64,000 nucleotides of DNA from an uncultured Acidobacteriota bacterium (GTDB lineage Bacteria; Acidobacteriota; Thermoanaerobaculia; UBA5066). Position 1 is the stretch's first letter; each line of letters starts with the position of its first letter. A program made the position numbers and the translations under genes. Under the pieces are notes generated by a model. The model was not told the origin of the DNA, did no database searches, and saw only the letters and a list, made by a program, of their open reading frames with translations. The stretch lies in assembly GCA_937888435.1 (NCBI GenBank), contig CALAQS010000351.1, positions 1,942-65,941 on the forward strand, given 5' to 3'. This document shows positions 26,720-36,205 of the stretch, in pieces.

Positions 26720-28032
26720 GCGGCCGCTTTGGCCCGGATCGCGGACTCTGACAGGACCTTGAGACCCCGCTGAAGGATCGGATCGAGCCGGCCCCCGGTG
26801 TCGTCCGGACCGTGGTAGACCCGATCGTCAGGTTGCAGACCCCTGGGGCACAGCGCCTTTCCGGCCACTGTCCGGATCTTTCCGACCGACAGCTTCAACG
26901 ACCCACCGCTCGCGAGTTTCACGACCTGGGCCGTGAATCCCATGCCGACCGTGGGCTCGCCCACGAGGCGCACGGCGAGCTTCACCTTCTCCCCTTCTTT
27001 CGAGGCGTCGGTGCCCGGATCGAACGCCTCCGGCGCGTCGGGGTCCTCGGCGTTCGTCTTCTTCCTGTCCGCTGTCACGAGCGTCGCGCCGGCGTCGCGC
27101 GTCCCCGCATCGCGCACGGCGGCCGCGAAGAGCTCGGCCGGCCCGGCCGTCCCGCTGTCTACGAGGAGGACGAGCCGGCTCTCGTGCACGCGCTCGCCGG
27201 GTTCGGAACGAAACGTCTTCGTCTCGATCCGGCGGCCCGAGAGCTCACCGAGAGGACCGGCCGGCACGAAGAGGGCTGCTGCGCGCACAGCCTCGTCGAA
27301 CGAACCGGTCGCGCTGCTGCGCAGGTCGAGGACGAGCGGCCGCGTGCGGTCGAGCGGCTTGAGAATGTCCTTCAAGGCCGCCGTCGTGCCCGGCACGAAC
27401 GCCGGAATCCTGATCACCGTTTCGCCGTCGATCCGCTCGGCCGACGGGGCCGAAGGAGTCCAGCTCGCCCGCAAGATGTCGAACGTGCGATGGCGCGGCT
27501 TTCCGTCACGCACGACCTCGAGGTGAACGCGGCCACCCGCTTTGCCCGAGAGCCTGGACTCGAGCTCCCACAGCGCCATGCTCCGCGTGAGCACGCCGTC
27601 GATCTTCTCGATGACGTCGTCACTTCTCACTCCGGCCGCGGCGGCCGGGCTGCCCGCGACGGCCGCCACGACGACCGGGAAGCCGAAGCGCCTCGCGAGG
27701 ACGATCCCCGTGTCGAGGACCTCCCTCTTTTCCTTCGCGGCTTCGAACGCCGAGAACGCGGCCATCTTGTCGGGCGGAACGTACTCGGAGAACGGATCCA
27801 TCGCTTCCGTCATGCCGGCAAACGAGCCCGCGAGGAGCGGCTTCAGCTCGGTCGGCTCGACGTAATTCGACCGGACGAGACCGAGGACCTCTGTGAAGAG
27901 GCCGAGGGGGCGGTAGAGGGCTTCCTTGCCGTCCTTGTCCCTCTCGTCCGCGCCCATGCCGGGGAGAACGACGAACAGAGCGAGGAGAAGGGCGGCGGAG
28001 GCGGCGACGGAAAGGGCGCGGGTCTTGCTCAC
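26716..28032 (-). CDS. S41 family C-terminal processing peptidase
   Basis: The real part of track ORF 26716..28275 starts at GTG 28032 (VSKTRALSVAASAALLLALFVV signal). It has LFTEVLGLVRSNYVEP, a PDZ segment (GFPVVVAAVAGSPAAAAGVRSDDVIEKIDG) and an S41 core (LVLDLRSSATGSFDEAV, LVLLVDSGTAGPAELFAAA). Confidence 0.85.
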   Translation of the reverse strand: MSKTRALSVAASAALLLALFVVLPGMGADERDKDGKEALYRPLGLFTEVLGLVRSNYVEPTELKPLLAGSFAGMTEAMDPFSEYVPPDKMAAFSAFEAAKEKREVLDTGIVLARRFGFPVVVAAVAGSPAAAAGVRSDDVIEKIDGVLTRSMALWELESRLSGKAGGRVHLEVVRDGKPRHRTFDILRASWTPSAPSAERIDGETVIRIPAFVPGTTAALKDILKPLDRTRPLVLDLRSSATGSFDEAVRAAALFVPAGPLGELSGRRIETKTFRSEPGERVHESRLVLLVDSGTAGPAELFAAAVRDAGTRDAGATLVTADRKKTNAEDPDAPEAFDPGTDASKEGEKVKLAVRLVGEPTVGMGFTAQVVKLASGGSLKLSVGKIRTVAGKALCPRGLQPDDRVYHGPDDTGGRLDPILQRGLKVLSESAIRAKAAA

Positions 28033-28052
28033 CGGGGAATGATACGCGGGCC

Positions 28053-29264
28053 CTAACGCAGCCACAAAGCCGGGTCCACCGACGCCCGCGCATCGCGGAT
28101 CTCGAAATAGAGGCCCGCGACGTCGTCCTCGGGCGACTCGCCGAGAACGCCTACGCGGTCGCCGATCGCGGCGCGCTCGCCGCGCGCGATCGTGCCCGTC
28201 GCGAGCCGGCCGTAGAGCGTGAAGACGCCGTCGCCGTGATCCACGACGACGAGGTTTCCGTAGCCCTTCAGCCACTGTGCGTACACGACGTCCCCCGAGA
28301 AGATGGCGTGGACGGCCGTTCCGGGCGGCGCGTCGAGCGTCCAGCCCGACGAACGCAGGAACGTCTTCGGGAACCTCGGGTTCGCGATCCGGCCGAAGGG
28401 CACCGCGACCTTGCCTTTCAGCGGCCAGTCGAGAGCGCCGCGGTACTTCCGGATCGAGGCCGCGCCCGGCGCCAATGCGCGGCCCTTTCCCTCGAGAAGC
28501 TCGAGGAGGGCCGCGAGGCGCTCGGACTTGTCCTCGAGCTTCGACACCTGCACCTTGGCCGCCTGCGAGGTCTCTTCGAGCTGCGCGAGGAGCGCCGCCC
28601 GTCGGCCACGCGCCGCCAGAAGAGCCGTCTCTTTCTTCCGGCTCTCGGCCGCCAGCGTCGCGAGCTCCTTCCGCCGGTCCGCGAGGTCCTGTTCACGCTC
28701 CCCCAGCGTCGTCACCGCCGTTTCGTAATGTTCGAGAAGGGCGGCATCGCGCCTGGCCAGATGCGTCAGGATGCGGAGGCCCGCGAGGAACGACTGGCCG
28801 GAGTCGGCAGCCGCGAGCGGCCGGAGGTATCCGAGCCGGCCCATCCGGTAGAGAGCCGCAAGGCGGACTTCGAGGTCCTCGCGCAGAGTCCCGACCTCCT
28901 TCTGCGCCGTGTCGAGCTCCGAGGAGGCGCGCGCCGCCTCCCGCTCCGTGTCGGCCTTCTTCAATTCGAGGACGCGGCGCTCGGCGGTCTGGATCTGGAG
29001 GTCGAGCTCGGCCGTCTCCATCTGCGCCTTGAGATCCGCCGCGCGGCGCGTGGACACGTCGAGGCGCGCCCTCAGCCCGGCGATGCGGCGGCGCAGCTCT
29101 GCGAGCTCCGCTTTTCGCTCGGCGACGCCCAAGGACACCGCGGGTCTCTCCGCCGGCGGCGGCGTCTCGGCGGCGGCCGGTGCCGCCTCGGGTGCGGGCT
29201 CCTCCTGCGCGCGCGTTCCGGCGGCGAAAACGAGCAGCGCGACGAGCGCGGCGAGACGCCTCAG
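28053..29264 (-). CDS. envC: Murein hydrolase activator EnvC-like (coiled coil plus LytM/M23 domain); proposed CTG start
   Basis: The track ORF (28053..29138) gives the coiled coil plus an M23 domain (GWTLDAPPGTAVHAIFSGDVVYAQWLKGYGNLVVVDHGDGVFTLYG). The same frame is open upstream and encodes (L/M)RRLAALVALLVFAAGTRAQEEPAP, a signal peptide. No ATG/GTG/TTG is available there. CTG at 29264 forms a CTGA overlap with the upstream stop. Confidence 0.7.
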   Translation of the reverse strand: MRRLAALVALLVFAAGTRAQEEPAPEAAPAAAETPPPAERPAVSLGVAERKAELAELRRRIAGLRARLDVSTRRAADLKAQMETAELDLQIQTAERRVLELKKADTEREAARASSELDTAQKEVGTLREDLEVRLAALYRMGRLGYLRPLAAADSGQSFLAGLRILTHLARRDAALLEHYETAVTTLGEREQDLADRRKELATLAAESRKKETALLAARGRRAALLAQLEETSQAAKVQVSKLEDKSERLAALLELLEGKGRALAPGAASIRKYRGALDWPLKGKVAVPFGRIANPRFPKTFLRSSGWTLDAPPGTAVHAIFSGDVVYAQWLKGYGNLVVVDHGDGVFTLYGRLATGTIARGERAAIGDRVGVLGESPEDDVAGLYFEIRDARASVDPALWLR

Positions 29265-31426
29265 AAGAGCGGCACCCCGTCGAGCTTCTCGGGCGGTGGG
29301 ACGCCGAGCACGTGATAGATCGTGGCCGGAACGTCCGCGATTCCCGGTTGCTTGTCTTTCGGAAGCGCGCGATTCGCGAAAAGGATGCCCGGCACGACGG
29401 CGGGGTCCAGCGAGCAGTGATCTCCGGACCAGATCTGCTTGTTGTCCTCGAACATCTCCTTCGTCACGACGCCGAGGCTGCCCTGCCAGCCGATGCGCGT
29501 TCCCGCCGTGTTCGTCACGAAGAGGTCCGGGATGACGTCGGCGTCGAACGAGCCGTAGGCCTCCTCACGCGTGAAGATGCGCGACACGGCGCGCTGCCCC
29601 GTCTTCGGATCCACGAGCGTCACGAGCTTCTCCCGGATCTCGTCGCGCACGGCCTCGTACTCGGCGCCCGGCGAGACGCACCCCTGCCCCTCGCGCCCTT
29701 TCAGGTTGATGTAGATGTCGCCAAGGCCCATCGCGTAGGCTTTCGTCTTCGACCAGTCCACGTTCGGCCAGAACTCGCCCTGCCCGAAGAGCATTTCGAG
29801 GTCGGCTTTCTGCGAGCCGTCGCCGCCTTTGAGCGTCATGAAGCCGTTCTCGACGAGCCACGTGTTGTAGTTGACCGACCGCCGCCACGTCGCGAACCCG
29901 TGGTCGGACAGAACGATCAGGATGTCCTCGGGCCCCAGCTTCCTCATCGCGTCGCCCACGATCGCGTCCATCTTCTCGAAAGTCCCTTCCACGGCAGGCG
30001 CCCACCGCGCGGCCTTCACGGCGTCGTACGCGGGATGCTGCGGATCGAGGAAGCGCCAGAAGCAGTGCGCGACGCGATCGGGGAACTCGTAGATCTGGAC
30101 GAAAAGCCGCACGTCCCTCTCATCGAGGAAGTCGTTCATCATCTTCCGGAACGGCTCGATCGTGTGGTCTACGTCCTCGAGGAACGTCTTCTCGTCGATC
30201 GTCTCCTCGCTCATCGACCACGTGTCGATCTGCCAGCCCATCGTCTTGTAAAGGCCGTAGCGGTCCGCCAGTTTCCGCGCGAGATTGCCGGGCGCGGTGA
30301 TCTTCACGGACGGCGGGAGATCCGACGGGTTGAAGTGAATGGGCGAGAGGTAGAGCTTGATCTCGGGCGAAAGCGCCGCGAGGTGGAAGCGTCCGATGCC
30401 CGTCATCTTCACGAGAGAGTTGAACGGGAACGTGAAGACGACCCACGGCGACCACTCGCCGACCTTCAAGGTCAAAGGCTGAGAACCCTTAGGCGCGACG
30501 GTCAGGCTGCCGCCGTCGGCCGCGACCGTGAGTGTCATCGGCGTCTTGATGACGGGCGGCTCCTTGAAGAGCTCGTTGTACGGCCCGAAAACCTCCGTCT
30601 CGATCGTGCCCTTGTTCGACTCGAGCCGCACGAGCTCCACCGAAAACTCGTTCTTGTTCTTCGGGGCGAAGAACGGATCCGACGTGTAGTAGCTCGGCGT
30701 CCCGACGCGCCCGCGCACGTCCGTCACGCCGAGCCCGGAGAGCAGCCGCCCGCCGTCGTAGTCCACGGCGGGAAACGTCACCGGCACGTGCATGACGACG
30801 GACGAGATCCCCTTCCGCCCCGCTTCCTCCCAGAAGGGAGTCCCGCGGCGGTTGTTGACGGGCCAGGGGATTTCGGCGGGAAGCAACGCCGAGAGTCGGA
30901 TTCCAAGAAAGACGGCCACCCCAGCCGCAGCACAAGCGGCGCCGAGAACTGCCGCGCCCACGCGCCTTCTAAGAAATCTTCCAATCAGCGCAACAAGCAC
31001 GAAGGCAACGAGCGCGAGCACCGCCGGCACGGCGATCCGGTTTCCCTTTCCGAACAGAAAATTCTTCTTCCCCTCTTCCGCGATCGCGAATTCCGGGCGG
31101 TAGGTCTTCGGGTCCCGCTTCAGGAAGTCGAAGATCATCGTGCGGCCGGGCGAAAGGCCGGTTGAAAACGTGGACCAGGACACGGGTGTCTGCGCCGGAA
31201 TCGTGGGCGTCAGCGCCGTGAAACCGCCCTTCGCCGCGAGCGCCGCGAGATTCGGAAGACGGCCTTCGGCGACGGCTTTGGCGACGAGCGCGTGGTCCGC
31301 GCCGTCGAAGCCGAGGACGATGACGCGGGGAGGGACCGCCGCGGCCGCAGCCAGGGGCGTAGCGACAAGCGCGACGACGAGGACGAGTCCCGGACGGAGC
31401 CAGGACCTGAGCGTCGAGAATGGCAT
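29261..31426 (-). CDS. Alkaline phosphatase / nucleotide pyrophosphatase (type I phosphodiesterase) family protein, membrane-associated
   Basis: The real part of track ORF 29261..31612 starts at ATG 31426 (MPFSTLRSWLRPGLVLVVALVATPLAAAAA). It has VIVLGFDGAD, TIPAQTPVSWSTFSTGLSPGRT, an internal TM insert, and VLSDHGF...WSGDHC metal-ligand blocks. Confidence 0.8.
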   Translation of the reverse strand: MPFSTLRSWLRPGLVLVVALVATPLAAAAAVPPRVIVLGFDGADHALVAKAVAEGRLPNLAALAAKGGFTALTPTIPAQTPVSWSTFSTGLSPGRTMIFDFLKRDPKTYRPEFAIAEEGKKNFLFGKGNRIAVPAVLALVAFVLVALIGRFLRRRVGAAVLGAACAAAGVAVFLGIRLSALLPAEIPWPVNNRRGTPFWEEAGRKGISSVVMHVPVTFPAVDYDGGRLLSGLGVTDVRGRVGTPSYYTSDPFFAPKNKNEFSVELVRLESNKGTIETEVFGPYNELFKEPPVIKTPMTLTVAADGGSLTVAPKGSQPLTLKVGEWSPWVVFTFPFNSLVKMTGIGRFHLAALSPEIKLYLSPIHFNPSDLPPSVKITAPGNLARKLADRYGLYKTMGWQIDTWSMSEETIDEKTFLEDVDHTIEPFRKMMNDFLDERDVRLFVQIYEFPDRVAHCFWRFLDPQHPAYDAVKAARWAPAVEGTFEKMDAIVGDAMRKLGPEDILIVLSDHGFATWRRSVNYNTWLVENGFMTLKGGDGSQKADLEMLFGQGEFWPNVDWSKTKAYAMGLGDIYINLKGREGQGCVSPGAEYEAVRDEIREKLVTLVDPKTGQRAVSRIFTREEAYGSFDADVIPDLFVTNTAGTRIGWQGSLGVVTKEMFEDNKQIWSGDHCSLDPAVVPGILFANRALPKDKQPGIADVPATIYHVLGVPPPEKLDGVPLF

Positions 31427-31509
31427 GTGCCATTCTATTCTCGCTCTCACATGCGCCGCAGCCGATCTCCCGCTGAAGAGGCCGGCTGCAGACGGAACCT
31501 CCTCCTCCT

Positions 31510-32385
31510 TCAATCCGGCGAAGGCAAAGGCGCGGGATCCCCGGCTCTCCAGCCGAAAACCGTGCGTCCGGCGACGGCGCAGAGCACGATCGCGCCCCCG
31601 AGAAGGGCCCACGCCGAGGGCTTCTCGCCGAGGCCGAGGAACGCCCAGAGCGGGTTGAACATGGGCTCGAGCATGCCGAGGAGCGACGCCTCCGCCGCCG
31701 GCACGACAGTCAGGCCGCGCACGAAGAGCACGTAGCTGATGCCCAGCTGGACGATGCCGAGAAAGAGAACGAGCAGGATCCCGCGCCCGTCGAGCGCGAG
31801 GTGGCCGCGTGCGAACGGAAACGCGAGGGCCGCCGCGAGGAAATTCCCGGCGATGACCGAGGGGATTGCGTCTCCCGCGGCGTCACGCCTGAGAAGAAGG
31901 ATCACGAGACCGAAGAAGAAGCCCGCCACGACCGCCACGAGATTCCCCGTGAGAGCGCCCGGATCGAGCCTACCGACGAAGAAGAGCGACATGCCGGCGA
32001 GCGCGACGGCCATGGCCGCGGCGTCGACGTGCCGGAAGCGCTCCTTGAGGAGGAACGGGGCGAAGGCGAGGACGTAGAGCGGACCCGTGTACTGGAGAAA
32101 GATCGCGTTGGCGGCCGTCGTCATCTTCGTCGCCGAGACGAAGCTCAGGATCATGAGCGCGTAGATGAGCGACGTCGCGATCGAGGCGTGCCGCCAGCGC
32201 GCGCGCGCCGGGCGAAAGACGACGACGAGGAAGATCGCCGACACGAGCGACCGCCAGAAGGCGACGCCGAGCGCCGGCAGCGGGACGAGCTTGATCGCGA
32301 GCCCGCCCGTGGACCAGAGGAGTGCGGCTGCGACGACGAGGAGCCGCCCCCTGAGCGGGGAAAGGGGCGCCACGGGTCCGCTCAC
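31510..32385 (-). CDS. DMT-superfamily transporter (EamA family)
   Basis: Only the C-terminal 291 aa of track ORF 31510..33465 look real. The GTG start at 32385 forms a GTGA overlap with the PP2C gene stop. About ten hydrophobic helices form two EamA-type halves (LWSTGGLAIKL..., FLGEKPSAWALLGGAIVLCAV). Confidence 0.8.
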   Translation of the reverse strand: MSGPVAPLSPLRGRLLVVAAALLWSTGGLAIKLVPLPALGVAFWRSLVSAIFLVVVFRPARARWRHASIATSLIYALMILSFVSATKMTTAANAIFLQYTGPLYVLAFAPFLLKERFRHVDAAAMAVALAGMSLFFVGRLDPGALTGNLVAVVAGFFFGLVILLLRRDAAGDAIPSVIAGNFLAAALAFPFARGHLALDGRGILLVLFLGIVQLGISYVLFVRGLTVVPAAEASLLGMLEPMFNPLWAFLGLGEKPSAWALLGGAIVLCAVAGRTVFGWRAGDPAPLPSPD

Positions 32386-33476
32386 GCACTCTTGCGTCTG
32401 ACCGCCGCGATCGAGACGTCGTCCTCCGCGGCGACCCGACCCAGAAAGAGATCGAGATCCGCCGCCAGAGCGGACACCACCTCGTAGGGCCGTGCTCCCG
32501 GCTTCAGGAAAAGAAGGTGCTCGATGCGCGCGTCGCCGAACTCCTCGCCGTTCGCGCCGCGCGCCTCGGAAAGGCCGTCGGAATGAAAAAGCAGCATCTC
32601 GCCGGGCGCGAGAGTGGTGGTCACGGGCAGGTACTTCACGTTCTTCCTGATGCCGAGGGGATAAGAGCCGGTGCCGAGTCGCGCGAGGACGCGCCCTTCC
32701 GCGTCCAGCTTGAGGACGGGCGGATGGCCCGCGACGATCGCCGTCATGCCGCCGCCCGGTTCGAGGAGCGCGTAGATGCCGGCGAAAAACGAGCGGGCGT
32801 TCCCCGTCTCGGCGAGAACGCGGTTGAGCGCGTCGATCATCGCGGCGGGGGACGGATCGACGGGAAGCTGCGTGCGAAAGACCGCGTGCGTGACCGCCAT
32901 GACGAGCCCCGCGGCCATCCCGTGCCCCGACGCATCGCCGAAGAGGACCGCGAGACGCCCATCCGGGAGCGGCTCGAAGGCGTACAGGTCCCCTCCGACC
33001 GTATTCGCGATGCGGTTGAACGCGCTGAGCTCGAACGCCCCGATCTCGGGAAGGACGCGCGGCACGAGCTGCGCCTGGAGATCGCGCGCCATGACGAGCT
33101 CGTCCTTGAAGTGCAGCTTGTCGACGAGCTCCATCGCGAGGAGGAAGGCGAGCGCGAGGACCGACACCAGGAGCGCCGCGAAAGGCCAGCCCTCGCTGCC
33201 GTTCCCGAACATGAAGGCGAGGATCGTCAGGACCAGCGCGACGGCGAACACGAGCCGGCGCGGCGGCGCGAGCCGCTTCGCAAGGCCGAAGACGATCGCG
33301 TTCGTCCTGCGAAGAGCCCTCTTCCAACGGCGGGGCTCCGCGGCGATCTTGTCCTCGTGGTCGGCAAGAAGGACGCGGGTCGCCCGCCGGAAGTCCACGT
33401 TCCACATGCCGCGCACGTCGGCGGCGTCGAAGGAGTGAACCGCTTCCTTCGTCAGGCTCTTCCAATTCGTCGACAT
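32382..33476 (-). CDS. Membrane-anchored PP2C-family (SpoIIE/RsbU-type) serine phosphatase
   Basis: 364 aa with two N-terminal TM helices. The PP2C core is VGGDLYAF...LFGDASGHGMAAGLVM...GEMLLFHSDGLSEA...DDVSIAAV. Confidence 0.85.
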   Translation of the reverse strand: MSTNWKSLTKEAVHSFDAADVRGMWNVDFRRATRVLLADHEDKIAAEPRRWKRALRRTNAIVFGLAKRLAPPRRLVFAVALVLTILAFMFGNGSEGWPFAALLVSVLALAFLLAMELVDKLHFKDELVMARDLQAQLVPRVLPEIGAFELSAFNRIANTVGGDLYAFEPLPDGRLAVLFGDASGHGMAAGLVMAVTHAVFRTQLPVDPSPAAMIDALNRVLAETGNARSFFAGIYALLEPGGGMTAIVAGHPPVLKLDAEGRVLARLGTGSYPLGIRKNVKYLPVTTTLAPGEMLLFHSDGLSEARGANGEEFGDARIEHLLFLKPGARPYEVVSALAADLDLFLGRVAAEDDVSIAAVRRKSA

Positions 33477-33697
33477 GTCTTCCTAGGCCCTCTCTCGCGT
33501 CTTCTCTACGAAATCTCGGCGCGGAGGGTTCTCAGGGTTTCGGGGGCACGCCGAGCCGCGCGAAGGCCTCGTAGAAGCGCGTGAGCGAGGCCTGCGTCTC
33601 GGCGTTCGTCATCGGAGGCCCGAGTCTATCCGCATCGCCAAAGTCGGAACGACCGACGCACGCAGTGCTGAGGCGACCCCGTAGAATCCGCCCGATC

Positions 33698-35095
33698 GTG
33701 GAGACGTTCGATCTTTTCGTCCTCGGCACGGGTCCGGCCGGGCAGCGCGCGGCCGTTCAGGCCGCGAAGCTCGGCAAGAAGGCCGGGATCTGTGAGAAGC
33801 GCGAGGTCGTGGGCGGGGTGTGCATCAACACGGGCACGATCCCCTCGAAGACGTTCCGCGAAGCGGTGCTCTACCTCTCGGGCTTCGCCCAGCGCGGGAT
33901 GTACGGCGCGTCCTACTCCGTGAAGGAGAACATCACCGCCGAGGATCTCCTCTTTCGATGCCACGCCGTCATCAAGCGCGAGATCGAGGTCATTCGGACC
34001 CAGATGAGGAGAAACGGCGTCACGCTGATCGCCGGGGCCGCGAAGTTCACGTCGCCTCACACGCTCACGGTGACGGGACTGGCGGCCACGGTCGAGGTCG
34101 AGGCGGACAAGATCGTCATCGCGACGGGCACGCGGCCCGCGACCCCGCCCGGCGTCGCCGTGGACGGGGAGACGATCTTGGATTCCGACGGCATCCTCGG
34201 CCTCAAGCTCCTCCCGCGCACCATGATCGTCGTCGGCGCCGGCGTCATCGGCGTCGAGTACGCGTCGATGTTCGCGGCCCTCGGCGTGGACGTGACGCTC
34301 GTCGACCAGCGGCCGCGCCTCCTCGACTTCGTGGACGGCGAGATCGCCGAGGCGCTCTCGTATGCAATGCGCAACATGAACTGCACGCTGCGCCTCGGCG
34401 AGGACGTCGCCGACGTGCACGTCGAGGGCCCGCGCCGCGCCGTCGCCCTGCTCAAGAGCGGCAAGAGGATCGTCGCGGACCTCCTCCTCTATGCGATCGG
34501 CCGCATCGGGGCGACGGCCGAGCTCGATCTTCCGGCCGCCGGCCTCGCGGCCGACGATCGCGGCCGGCTCGCCGTGAACGCCGACTACCAGACGCAGCAG
34601 CCGCACATCTACGCGGCGGGCGACATCATCGGTTTCCCCGCGCTCGCGTCCACTTCGCTCGAGCAGGGCCGACTCGCGGCCTGCCACGCGTTCGGCCTCG
34701 CCTGCACGTCGATGCCGCACCTGTACCCGATCGGCATCTACTCCATTCCCGAGCTCTCGATGGTGGGCAAGACCGAAGAAGAGCTCACGAAGGACGGCGT
34801 GCCCTACGAGGTCGGGGTCGCCCACTATCGCGAGATCGCGCGCGGCGCGATCTTCGGCGACGACACCGGCATCCTGAAACTCATCGTGCACCGCGAATCG
34901 CGGCAGCTCCTCGGCGTGCACATTCTCGGCACCGCCGCGACCGAGCTCGTCCACATCGGCCAGGCCTTCATGACGCTCGGGGGCGCGCTCGACGTGCTCG
35001 TCGAGACGGTCTTCAACTACCCTACGTTCGCGGAGTGCTACAAGGTCGCCGCCCTCGACGCGTACAACAAGCTGGGGCCCAAAGCGCCGTCCTGA
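33698..35095 (+). CDS. sthA: Soluble pyridine nucleotide transhydrogenase (Si-specific), SthA-like flavoprotein
   Basis: The GTG start at 33698 (VETFDLFVLGTGPAGQRAA) gives 465 aa. GGVCINTGTIPSK has the single-Cys CxxxxT motif typical of SthA, not the CxxxxC of lipoamide dehydrogenase. A second dinucleotide fold (IVVGAGVIGVEYA) and a C-terminal dimerisation domain are present. Confidence 0.8.
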   Translation: METFDLFVLGTGPAGQRAAVQAAKLGKKAGICEKREVVGGVCINTGTIPSKTFREAVLYLSGFAQRGMYGASYSVKENITAEDLLFRCHAVIKREIEVIRTQMRRNGVTLIAGAAKFTSPHTLTVTGLAATVEVEADKIVIATGTRPATPPGVAVDGETILDSDGILGLKLLPRTMIVVGAGVIGVEYASMFAALGVDVTLVDQRPRLLDFVDGEIAEALSYAMRNMNCTLRLGEDVADVHVEGPRRAVALLKSGKRIVADLLLYAIGRIGATAELDLPAAGLAADDRGRLAVNADYQTQQPHIYAAGDIIGFPALASTSLEQGRLAACHAFGLACTSMPHLYPIGIYSIPELSMVGKTEEELTKDGVPYEVGVAHYREIARGAIFGDDTGILKLIVHRESRQLLGVHILGTAATELVHIGQAFMTLGGALDVLVETVFNYPTFAECYKVAALDAYNKLGPKAPS

Positions 35096-35098
35096 GCC

Positions 35099-36070
35099 TC
35101 AACCCGCCGCAGCCGCGAAGCGGCGCACGATCTCGCCCGCCGGCTCGACCTTCTCGATCGTCGCGACGCTCTTCCCCGCCTGCCAGCAGTCGCTCGACGT
35201 CGCTCCCTTGAGCGAGGCGCCCTTGAGCCGGAACGCGGACCTCAGCGAGTAGTAGCCCCGGATCAGGTGCTTCGTCTTCCGCCCCTTGAGCATCAGGCGC
35301 GCGAGGGGCCCCGCCACCGTGCCCATGCGCTCGATGAACGGTGTCCGGATGACCGACAGCGGGACGCCCGTGATCCTTTCCGTCGCGACGACATCGTCCT
35401 CTTCCGCGTCGAGAATCGCCTTCTTGTAGTCCGCGTGAGCCGTGCACTCCGCCGTCGCGATGAAGCGCGTGCCGGCCTGAACCGCTGCGTAGCCGATGCC
35501 CAGCATCGCCTTGAACTCCCGCTCGCTTCCGACGCCGCCTGCGCACACGAGCGGCGCCCCGAGGCCGGCAAGTGACGCGTACAGCTCCTCCGGACCGAGC
35601 GTGCCGAGATGGCCGCCCGCCCGGCGGTTCACGCAGATGAGGCCGTCCACGCCCTTTTCGAGAGCCTTCTCCGCCCAGCGCCGGTCGATGACGTCGTGGT
35701 AGACGACGCCCCCGGCCGCGTGGACGCGCTCGACGACCCATCGCGGATCGCCGAGCGCCGTCACGAAGAACCGCACGCCTGCCTCCAGCGCCTCGTCCAC
35801 CCAGCGCGACATCCGCTTGAGGTAGACCGCGGAGAGCGATTTCTCGGTCAGAACGTTCACCCCGATCGGCTTCTTCGTGAGGCAGCGGATCTCGCGCAAC
35901 CCCGCCCGGAAATCGCGCCCGTGGACGAAGACGAGGGAAAGCGGCTGGACGACGCCGAGGCCCCCGGCTTCCGAGACAGCGGCCACGAGCTCGGGGTTGC
36001 TGCACGGATACATCGCCCCGCAGATCAGCGGCACCTCGACGCCCGCGGCTTCGGTGAAAACCGTCTTCAT
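35099..36070 (-). CDS. Nitronate monooxygenase / FabK-like FMN oxidoreductase (NMO family)
   Basis: The likely start is ATG 36070 (MKTVFTEAAGVEVPLICGAMYPCSNPELVAAVSEAGGLGVV). It has GVNVL..., VCAGGVGS and GYAAVQAGTRF blocks. Confidence 0.85.
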   Translation of the reverse strand: MKTVFTEAAGVEVPLICGAMYPCSNPELVAAVSEAGGLGVVQPLSLVFVHGRDFRAGLREIRCLTKKPIGVNVLTEKSLSAVYLKRMSRWVDEALEAGVRFFVTALGDPRWVVERVHAAGGVVYHDVIDRRWAEKALEKGVDGLICVNRRAGGHLGTLGPEELYASLAGLGAPLVCAGGVGSEREFKAMLGIGYAAVQAGTRFIATAECTAHADYKKAILDAEEDDVVATERITGVPLSVIRTPFIERMGTVAGPLARLMLKGRKTKHLIRGYYSLRSAFRLKGASLKGATSSDCWQAGKSVATIEKVEPAGEIVRRFAAAAG

Positions 36071-36205
36071 CGCGTCCGCCGCCCGGCCAGCCGCTGTTGT
36101 TTCACCGATGGCGCCATCCCCACCCTCCCCGCGCACGGATCTTAGGGGACGCGTGATTCCTGCGGAGGACGCTTCCAGTGGCATGCTTTGTGAGAGTACG
36201 TCCAC

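Noticed and set aside
31510-33465. 651-aa ORF suggesting a fusion protein upstream of the EamA transporter
   Set aside because: Only the last 291 aa are hydrophobic and transporter-like. The N-terminal 360 aa are Arg-rich junk, out of frame with the genuine PP2C phosphatase (32382..33476). A GTG start at 32385 with a GTGA overlap explains the gene.
33532-33729. 65-aa minus-strand ORF in the sthA/PP2C divergent region; its last 26 aa (MTNAETQASLTRFYEAFARLG...) resemble the N-terminus of SnoaL/NTF2-like proteins
   Set aside because: The similarity is too short (about 20 aa) to support a pseudogene or gene call, and no continuation exists in any frame.
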